Below are positions 53,701 through 64,000 of a stretch of 64,000 nucleotides of DNA, in pieces. The position numbers and the translations under genes were made by a program. The notes under the pieces were generated by a model. The model worked only from the letters and a program-made list of their open reading frames with translations, ran no database searches and was not told the origin of the DNA. Position 1 is the first letter of the stretch; the number at the start of each line of letters is the position of its first letter. This DNA is from Eledone cirrhosa (taxonomy: Eukaryota), in NCBI GenBank assembly GCA_964016885.1, contig OZ024744.1:93000001-93064000 (forward strand), written 5' to 3'.

Positions 53701-56700
53701 GGTGCTTTTTGTCGTGACACCTACATGACCACTTTACAGAGTGGGCTGGGTGCTTTTGTCGTGACACCTACATGACCACTTTACAGTGTGGACTGGGTAC
53801 TTTTTATCGTGACACCTACATGACCACTTTACAGTGTGGACTGGGTACTTTTTATCGTGACACCTACATGACAACTTTACAGAGTGGGCTGGGTACTTTT
53901 TGTTGTGACACCTACATGACCACTTTACAGTGTGGGCTGGGTGTTTTTTGTTATGACACCTACATGACCACTTTACAGTGTGGACTGGGTGCTTTTTGTT
54001 GTGACACCTACATGACCACTTTACAGTGTAGACTGGGTGCTTTATGTTGTGACACCTATATGACCACTTCACAATGTGGACTGGGTACTTTTTGTCGTGA
54101 CACCTACATGACCACTTTACAGTGTAGACTGGGTGCTTTTTGTTGTGACACCTACATGACCACTTTACAGTGTACTGGGTACTTTTTATCGTGACACCTA
54201 CATGACCACTTTACAGTGTGGCCTGGGTGCTATTTGTCGTGACACCTACATGACCACTTTACAGTGTGGCCTGGGTACTTTTTATTGTGACATCTACATG
54301 ACCACTTTACAGTGTGGACTGGGTACTTTTTATCGTGACACCTACATGACCACTTAACAGTGTGGCCTGGATGCTTTATGTTGTGACACCTACATGACCA
54401 CTTTACAGTGTGGACTGGGTGTTTTTTTGTTGTGACACCTACATGACCACTTTACAGTGTGGCCTGGGTGCTATTTGTCATGACACCTACATGACCACTT
54501 TACAGTGTGGCCTGGGTACTTTTTATTGTGACATCTACATGACCACTTTACAGTGTGGACTGGGTACTTTTTATTGTGACATCTACATGACCACTTTACA
54601 GTGTGGAGTGGGTGTTTTTTGTTGTGACACCTACATGACCACTTTACAGTGTGGCCTGGGTGCTATTTGTCGTGACACCTACATGACCACTTTACAATGT
54701 GGCCTGGGTACTTTTTATTGTGACATCTACATGACCACTTTACAGTGTGGACTGGGTGCTTTTTGTTGTGACACCTACATGACCACTTTACAGTGTGGAC
54801 TGTGTGCTTTTTGTCATGACATCAACATGACCACTTTACAGTGTGGACTGGGTGCTTTTTGTTGTGACACCTACATGACCACTTTACAGTGTGGACTGGG
54901 TGATGTTTATTGTGGCACCTACATAACCACTTTACAGTGTGGACTGGGTGCTTTTTGTTGTGACACCTACATGACCACTTTACAGTGTGGACTGGGTGAT
55001 GTTTATTGTGGCACCTACATGACCACTTTACAGTGTGGACTGGGTGCTTTTTGTCGTGACACCTACATGACCACTTTACAGTGTGGACTGTGTGCTTTTT
55101 GTCATGACATCAACATGACCACTTTACAGTGTGGACTGGGTGCTTTTTGTTGTGACACCTACATGACCACTTTACAGTGTGGACTGGGTGCTTTTTGTCG
55201 TGACACCTACATGACCACTTTACAGTGTGGACTGGGTGCTTTTTGTTGTGACACCTACATGACCACTTTACAGTGTGGACTGGGTACTTTTTGTTGTGAC
55301 ACCTACATGACCACTTTACAGTGTGGACTGGGTGCTTTTTCTCATGTCACCTACATGACCACTTTACAGTGTGGGATGAATGCTATTTGTCATGACACCT
55401 ACATGACCACTTTACAGTGTGGACTGGGTGCTTTTTGTTGTGACACCTACATGACCACTTTACAGTGTGGACTGTGTGCTTTTTGTCATGACATCAACAT
55501 GACCACTTTACAGTGTGGACTGTGTGCTTTTTGTCGTGACACCTACATGACCACTTTACAGTGTGGACTGGGTGCTTTTTGTCATGACATCAACATGACC
55601 ACTTTACAGTGTGGACTGGGTGCTTTTTGTTGTGACACCTACATGACCACTTTACAGTGTGGACTGGGTGCTTTTTGTTGTGACACCTACATGACCACTT
55701 TACAGTGTGGACTGGGTGCTTTTTGTTGTGACACCTACATGACCACTTTACAGTGTGGACTGGGTGCTTTTTATCGTGACACCTACATGGCCACTCTACA
55801 GTGTGGACTGGGTGCTTTTTTTCGTGACACCTACATGGCCACTTTACAGTGTGGACTGGGTGCTTTTTTTCGTGACACCTACATGGCCACTTTACAGTGT
55901 GGACTGGGTGCTTTTTTTCGTGACACCTACATGGCCACTTTACAGTGTGGACTGGGTGCTTTTTTTCGTGACACCTACATGACCACTTTACAGTGTGGAC
56001 TGGGTGCTTTTTTTTGTGACACCTACATGACCACTTTACAGTGTGGACTGGGTGCTTTTTGTCGTGACTCCTACATGACCACTTTATAGTGTGGACTGGG
56101 TGCTTTTTGTCGTGACATCTACATGACCACTTTACAGTGTGGACTGGGTGCTTTTTGTCGTGACATCTACATGACCACTTTACAGTGTGGACTGGGTGCT
56201 TTTTGTCATGACACCTCCATGACCACTTTACAGTGTGGACTGGGTGCTTTTTGTCATGACACCTCCATGACCACTTTACAGTGTGGGTTGGGTGCTTTTT
56301 GTTGTGACACCTACATGACCACTTTACAGTGTGGACTGGGTGATGTTTATTGTGGCACCTACATGACCACTTTACAGTGTGGACTGGGTACTTTTTGTCA
56401 TGACACCTCCATGACCACTTTACAGTGTGGGTTGGGTGCTTTTTTTCGTGACACCTACATGACCACTTTACAGTGTGGACTGGGTGCTTTTTTTCGTGAC
56501 ACCTACATGACCACTTTACAGTGTGGACTGGGTGCTTTTTGTCGTGACACCTACATGACCACTTTACAGAGTGGGCTGGGTGCTTTTTGTCGTGACACCT
56601 ACATGACCACTTTACAGAGTGGGCTGGGTGCTTTTTGTTGTGACACCTACATGACCACTTTACAGTGTGGACTGGGTGCTTTTTGTCGTGACACCTACAT

Positions 56701-59700
56701 GACCACTTTACAGAGTGGGCTGGGTGCTTTTGTCGTGACACCTACATGACCACTTTACAGTGTGGACTGGGTACTTTTTATCGTGACACCTACATGACCA
56801 CTTTACAGTGTGGACTGGGTACTTTTTATCGTGACACCTACATGACAACTTTACAGAGTGGGCTGGGTACTTTTTGTTGTGACACCTACATGACCACTTT
56901 ACAGTGTGGGCTGGGTGTTTTTTGTTATGACACCTACATGACCACTTTACAGTGTGGACTGGGTGCTTTTTGTTGTGACACCTACATGACCACTTTACAG
57001 TGTAGACTGGGTGCTTTATGTTGTGACACCTATATGACCACTTCACAATGTGGACTGGGTACTTTTTGTCGTGACACCTACATGACCACTTTACAGTGTA
57101 GACTGGGTGCTTTTTGTTGTGACACCTACATGACCACTTTACAGTGTACTGGGTACTTTTTATCGTGACACCTACATGACCACTTTACAGTGTGGACTGG
57201 GTACTTTTTATCGTGACACCTACATGACCACTTTACAGTGTGGCCTGGGTGCTATTTGTCGTGACACCTACATGACCACTTTACAGTGTGGCCTGGGTAC
57301 TTTTTATTGTGACATCTACATGACCACTTTACAGTGTGGACTGGGTACTTTTTATTGTGACATCTACATGACCACTTTACAGTGTGGACTGGGTACTTTT
57401 TATCGTGACACCTACATGACCACTTTACAGTGTGGCCTGGATGCTTTATGTTGTGACACCTACATGACCACTTTACAGTGTGGACTGGGTGTTTTTTTGT
57501 TGTGACACCTACATGACCACTTTACAGTGTGGCCTGGGTGCTATTTGTCATGACACCTACATGACCACTTTACAGTGTGGCCTGGGTACTTTTTATTGTG
57601 ACATCTACATGACCACTTTACAGTGTGGACTGGGTACTTTTTATTGTGACATCTACATGACCACTTTACAGTGTGGACTGGGTGTTTTTTGTTGTGACAC
57701 CTACATGACCACTTTACAGTGTGGCCTGGGTGCTATTTGTCATGACACCTACATGACCACTTTACAGTGTGGCCTGGGTACTTTTTATTGTGACATCTAC
57801 ATGACCACTTTACAGTGTGGACTGGGTACTTTTTATTGTGACATCTACATGGCCACTTTACAGTGTGGACTGGGTGTTTTTTGTTGTGACACCTACATGA
57901 CCACTTTACAGTGTGGCCTGGGTGCTATTTGTCGTGACACCTACATGACCACTTTACAATGTGGCCTGGGTACTTTTTATTGTGACATCTACATGACCAC
58001 TTTACAGTGTGGACTGGGTGCTTTTTGTTGTGACACCTACATGACCACTTTACAGTGTGGACTGTGTGCTTTTTGTCATGACATCAACATGACCACTTTA
58101 CAGTGTGGACTGGGTGCTTTTTGTTGTGACACCTACATGACCACTTTACAGTGTGGACTGGGTGATGTTTATTGTGGCACCTACATAACCACTTTACAGT
58201 GTGGACTGGGTGCTTTTTGTTGTGACACCTACATGACCACTTTACAGTGTGGACTGGGTGATGTTTATTGTGGCACCTACATGACCACTTTACAGTGTGG
58301 ACTGGGTGCTTTTTGTCGTGACACCTACATGACCACTTTACAGTGTGGACTGTGTGCTTTTTGTCATGACATCAACATGACCACTTTACAGTGTGGACTG
58401 GGTGCTTTTTGTTGTGACACCTACATGACCACTTTACAGTGTGGACTGGGTGCTTTTTGTCGTGACACCTACATGACCACTTTACAGTGTGGACTGGGTG
58501 CTTTTTGTTGTGACACCTACATGACCACTTTACAGTGTGGACTGGGTACTTTTTGTTGTGACACCTACATGACCACTTTACAGTGTGGACTGGGTGCTTT
58601 TTCTCATGTCACCTACATGACCACTTTACAGTGTGGGATGAATGCTATTTGTCATGACACCTACATGACCACTTTACAGTGTGGACTGGGTGCTTTTTGT
58701 TGTGACACCTACATGACCACTTTACAGTGTGGACTGTGTGCTTTTTGTCATGACATCAACATGACCACTTTACAGTGTGGACTGTGTGCTTTTTGTCGTG
58801 ACACCTACATGACCACTTTACAGTGTGGACTGGGTGCTTTTTGTCATGACATCAACATGACCACTTTACAGTGTGGACTGGGTGCTTTTTGTTGTGACAC
58901 CTACATGACCACTTTACAGTGTGGACTGGGTGCTTTTTGTTGTGACACCTACATGACCACTTTACAGTGTGGACTGGGTGCTTTTTGTTGTGACACCTAC
59001 ATGACCACTTTACAGTGTGGACTGGGTGCTTTTTATCGTGACACCTACATGGCCACTCTACAGTGTGGACTGGGTGCTTTTTTTCGTGACACCTACATGG
59101 CCACTTTACAGTGTGGACTGGGTGCTTTTTTTCGTGACACCTACATGGCCACTTTACAGTGTGGACTGGGTGCTTTTTTTCGTGACACCTACATGGCCAC
59201 TTTACAGTGTGGACTGGGTGCTTTTTTTCGTGACACCTACATGACCACTTTACAGTGTGGACTGGGTGCTTTTTTTTGTGACACCTACATGACCACTTTA
59301 CAGTGTGGACTGGGTGCTTTTTGTCGTGACTCCTACATGACCACTTTATAGTGTGGACTGGGTGCTTTTTGTCGTGACATCTACATGACCACTTTACAGT
59401 GTGGACTGGGTGCTTTTTGTCGTGACATCTACATGACCACTTTACAGTGTGGACTGGGTGCTTTTTGTCATGACACCTCCATGACCACTTTACAGTGTGG
59501 ACTGGGTGCTTTTTGTCATGACACCTCCATGACCACTTTACAGTGTGGGTTGGGTGCTTTTTGTTGTGACACCTACATGACCACTTTACAGTGTGGACTG
59601 GGTGATGTTTATTGTGGCACCTACATGACCACTTTACAGTGTGGACTGGGTACTTTTTGTCATGACACCTCCATGACCACTTTACAGTGTGGGTTGGGTG

Positions 59701-59832
59701 CTTTTTTTCGTGACACCTACATGACCACTTTACAGTGTGGACTGGGTGCTTTTTTTCGTGACACCTACATGACCACTTTACAGTGTGGACTGGGTGCTTT
59801 TTGTCGTGACACCTACATGACCACTTTACAGT
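50690..59832. repeat. 48-bp satellite (atgaccactttacagtgtggactgggtgctttttgttgtgacacctac), about 190 copies, with kb-scale duplications
   Basis: Direct periodicity; near-identical ORF blocks at 51704/52813, 53772/56746 and 55755/59017. Confidence 0.97.
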
Positions 59833-60681
59833 GGGAGGGTGGGATGGGTGGAGAATACTGTATTTTGTTCTGGCTCTCTGCTCTCTGAGTTCAAATCTCG
59901 CTGAGGTCAACTTTGGCTTTCATCCATTCAAGGCCGATAAAAAAAGTACCAGTCTAGTACTGGGATCCATTCGTCCTCTATATCTCTTTCTCACTTTCTC
60001 TTTCCTTCTGTGGAAGCAATCTGCTATATTCAGACCTGAAGAGGAGAGGGGCTCTGCTAGGTTTTAAAAAAGCCCTAGAAACACTGTGTGTCAATACAGC
60101 GCCTCTCCGACTCCATCAGGAGTTACAAGACCATATATACATAATGGCCTCTGCTGATGTGCCACATCACATCAGGCACTCTTTACTCTCTCTCATCTCT
60201 CCTCCTTTCATCACCGTCTCCATGTACTGCACTAACTCCTATGCCCAGTCCATTTTTCTCAGAATGTTGGCCTTTACAAATTCCCTACTCTGCTCGTGTC
60301 TTTTTCCTGTTTTTGTCAACTTGAAACAGTTTAAGCAGAACACTAATTATTATAAATTTCAGCAATCTCTAAGGGTCTTTGAAAACAGCACCTTCCTCCA
60401 GAACAAACTAAAAAGTAAAAATAAAAAAAATTTAAAAAATTTAAAAAATTAAAAAAAAAACAGTAAAAAAATAATAATAAAAATAAAAATAATAATAATT
60501 TTAAAAAATACTAAACAAAAAGAAGTTTGATAATATGGGTGGTAATGGTGAATCCCTTGCCAGCCATTCCATTTATTGATAAATTTAATTTTCTATCAGG
60601 AAATTAACGAATTTTTATGCGTGTTAACACCTCAATGTTCTCTGCTGTTATTTTAGTGCAGTCATAGAAATTTTGTTTCAT

Positions 60682-61370
60682 TAACTCTTAATGTGCTGTA
60701 CCACATGAAACCACATTAACAAGACATTGTTGAAAAGTACAAAACAGTACTATGACTGTATCACATTAACTGTTAACATCCTGTACCACATGAAACCACA
60801 TTAACAAGACATTGTTGAAAAGTACAAAACAGTACTATGACTGTATCACATTTGCTCTTAACAGCCTGTACCACATGAAACCACATTAACAAGACATTGT
60901 TGAAAAGTACAAAACAGTACTATGACTGTATCACATTAACTCTTAACATCCTGTACCACATGAAACCACATTAACAAGACATTGTTGAAAAGTACAAAAC
61001 AGTACTATGACTGTATCACATTAACTCTTAACATCCTGTACCACATGAAACCACATTAACAAGACATTGTTGAAAAGTACAGAACAGTACTATGATTGTA
61101 TCACATTAACTCTTAACATCCTGTACCACATGAAACCACATTAACAAGACATTGTTGAAAAGTACAAAACAATACTATGACTGTATCACATTAACTCTTA
61201 ACATCCTGTACCACATGAAACCACATTAACAAGACATTGTTGAAAAGTACAAAACAGTACTATGACTGTATCACATTAACTGTTAACATCCTGTACCACA
61301 TGAAACCACATTAACAAGACATTGTTGAAAAGTACAAAACAGTACTATGACTGTATCACATTAACTGTTA
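60682..61370. repeat. 85-bp minisatellite (about 8 copies), paralogous to 30655-30960
   Basis: ctgtaccacatgaaaccacattaacaagacattgttgaaaagtacaaaacag at 60781, 60866, 60951. Confidence 0.9.
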
Positions 61371-61871
61371 ATTAACAAACCCATTTTTAGATATTTTCTG
61401 CTAAATCATTACAGGATGTTAAGAGATATTACTGCAAATTTTCACAACAATCTGTCCACCAGTAAAGATACTATAAACATTTGAACTAACAAACCTGTTT
61501 TTAGATATTTTCTGATAAATCATTCGGGATGTTAAGCGTCAATACTAGATATTTTCTGTTAAATCATTACAGGATGTTAAGAGATAATATTGCAAATTTC
61601 ACTACAGTCTGCTCACCAGTAAAGATACTATAAACATTTGAATTAACAAACCTATTTTTAGATATTTTCTGCTAAACCCTTGCAAGATGTTAAGAGATAA
61701 TACTGCAAATGGCAACTGGCAATGCTTCAACTGATTGGAATATATTTTGGACATTCTAAATTTCCTGCATGTGAAGAAATTCTACCTATTATGGGTGAAA
61801 GGTGAGCTGGGTGTTAATTATGTGAACCAGGAAATATCTCAGTCATTCTGCTACAATAAGTTCAATTGTGA

Positions 61872-62040
61872 AGGCGTATGGCTTAGTGGTTAGAGCACTG
61901 GGCTTGCAATCGAAAGATTGCGAGTTCAATTCTCAGACCGGGTGATGTGTTGTTTCCTTGAGCAAGACACTTTATTTCATGCTGCTCCAGTTTACTCAGT
62001 TGTAGAAATGAGTTATGATAGGACTGGGGGTCCCTATCAT
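61872..62040 (+). mobile_element. CORE-like SINE family 1, 3'-truncated
   Basis: aggcgtatggcttagtggttagagcactgggcttgcaatcgaaag...gagcaagacactttatt. Confidence 0.8.
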
Positions 62041-63199
62041 TAAATTACCCAAGACACCTCCAACAAGCTATACCTTGGAGGAGGCCAGCTAAACCTGCAT
62101 AGGTGTGAGCTGACACACATAATAAGTTCAATCTCCTCTCACAAAGTCATGGGTTCTAATCCTGCATTTGACTCGATAGATAGTTATTTCTCCAAAGTTA
62201 CTCATACATTTAATTTTGTATGTCATTTGTCCCAATATGCTAGATATTTATGTAATGTTTGCATTTGTTTTGCAAAATTTCTTATCTGAAAACGTGTGTT
62301 GAAATAGAAATTGTTAGTTTAATAACCAGATGGTTGTTAAGTTGCCATCCGGTTAATAAACTAATTGACTGGGAGTTTATAATAAATTGAAGTGAAAACC
62401 AACAGGTGCATGTGTTTTTATTGGCAGCATGACCCTCCCTAAGTATAACAATATTTATGAAATTATATCATAAAAATTATTAAAATATTCTTTCCTTTAA
62501 TCAGTTAGTAAACAACATAAACTATAGGGTTTCTCTTATACAAACAATTAATTTATGTTTTCATAAATTTCCCAGTTTGTAAAAGTGTTGATATATCCAA
62601 TAATCCTTGCTTATGATCTTTTCAGCCCACCCTTGTAGTATCTATAATTGACAATAAAGCCCCAAGGAAACCCTCACTAAGATTTTTTGACTGGGGGCAT
62701 GTGAAATGATGGATTTTCTGACAGTTTTGACATTGAGCAAGTCTTTCAACCAATTCCATCTCCAACTCATGAATTACTAATGTATACCCATAATATATGT
62801 TTTTAGGCAGAACTTACATGACACTGTGTGACAAAGCCGGGCTTTTGAATTACAAGTATAGTCCACTTGATGGGCGTCAACACAGTTTCAGTGAACCCAA
62901 TTTCAAGATTTGGGTTTAACCCAAGACAATATAGTAAAGAGACTTGTCTAAGATGTTACACAGTAGAATCAGACATGGGACTTCATGATTGTAAAGCGAA
63001 CTTCTTAACCACTCAGCAATATCTGTGTCCACATTGAGGGTGCCATTCAAGCAATCAAGTTCCTGAAACCAGTGCAGTCAGTCATTGGGGTGTCATTCTA
63101 GACATTTCACTGTATGTTCATCATTGTATTTAGTGGACTTTAGAAATGCTTGGCAGTGCCTATATCCTCTATGACAGGCATGTCAAACTGAGGGTCCCC

Positions 63200-63305
63200 C
63201 TGAGGGCCACATAGGTCACATATGTGTTGTCTGAGGGCCACATAGGTCACATATGTGTTGTCTGAGGGCCACATAGGTCACATATGTGTTGTCTGAGGGC
63301 CACAC
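63200..63305. repeat. 31-bp tandem repeat, about 3.3 copies, near a possible hAT-like end (caggcatgtcaaact, 63175)
   Basis: ctgagggccacataggtcacatatgtgttgt repeated; the hAT assignment is tentative because no partner TIR is seen. Confidence 0.6.
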
Positions 63306-63469
63306 ACGACAATTAATTGCGCACATTACAGCTAATTTTTTTATTTTATATTACAAAGATAAAACATGCTCGTGCTGTAAAAACCTTTGTGTAGGTCACA
63401 GGTATGCTTGTAAAGGGCCGCATCTTTAATATTCATGGTATACAATATATACGTATGTATATAAGATAA

Positions 63470-63745
63470 ATAAACTGTAGTGTGCGGGAGAGAAGACTGC
63501 ATTGGTGTGGCCATGTGATGCGCATGGATGATGACCGCATGGGTGAAGAGTGCCAAGTAATCCCAGTGGAAGGAAGACACAATAGAGGAAGACAGGGGCG
63601 AAAGTGGTGAGAGCAGACCTCAGATCGCTGAAGCTCACTGAGGAGACGATGAAGGACTGAGATGAATGGAGAGATGCTGTGCTGAAGAGTACCCGTCCCA
63701 ACCTTGCAAGCAGGGAAAAGCGGACGTAAAATGATGATGATGATA
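63470..63745 (+). mobile_element. RTE LINE 3' fragment
   Basis: RRLHWCGHVMRMDDDRMGEECQVIPVEGR; tail gcaagcagggaaaagcggacgtaaaatgatgatg. Confidence 0.82.
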
Positions 63746-64000
63746 TATATATATATATATATGATTGGATGAGGAAGCCGGGCCATCAAAATATGTATAG
63801 TGTTTTCGCGGGATTAAATTTCTAAAGAAAGTTTCCAGTTGTTTATAATGAATATTTAACTCCGTTCCTGCACCACATTTAAGATGGATGATTTGCTTAA
63901 TGTTGTGTGCTTTAATTCATTGCATCATCATTAACTAATTGGAATCACCAGTTCTATCCATTGGTAAACAACCTAGCATAAATCATATGTATATATATAT

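Noticed and set aside
50708-59910. Cys-rich 16-aa repeat ORFs of up to 623 aa (MTTLQCGLGAFCCDTY)
   Set aside because: The 48-bp unit is a multiple of 3 and stop-free by chance; the array has frameshifts and stops, is open on both strands and derives from a SINE segment
61872-61945. SINE heads as tRNA genes
   Set aside because: No closed cloverleaf; they continue into CORE-like SINE bodies

Overview
AT-rich eukaryotic, repeat-dominated window; the SINE, LINE and microsatellite content suggests a coleoid cephalopod such as Octopus (inference). I found no convincing host protein-coding exon, and almost all long ORFs in the track are artefacts of simple or tandem repeats. Supported content: a frameshifted DD37D (maT) Tc1/mariner transposon, a near full-length but degraded CRE-type RLE retrotransposon with an N-terminal PHD-like finger, an RTE LINE with a PHD finger inside its RT, two different Penelope-like (PLE) GIY-YIG remnants, two tRNA-derived SINE families, TTAA-type MITEs, one tRNA-Gly(GCC) with two stem mismatches, and large satellites (22-bp, about 6.7 kb; 48-bp, about 9.1 kb). 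The most notable signal is about a dozen minimal type-I hammerhead ribozyme motifs (CUGANGA...GAAA, palindromic stem III; some intact, some decayed) from about six sequence families. Most lie in short non-coding elements within (TA)n tracts, arranged as fold-back palindromes or retrozyme-like tandem monomers. Several satellites can be traced to specific SINE, LINE or MITE segments. All structures were read by eye; coordinates of degenerate elements are approximate.
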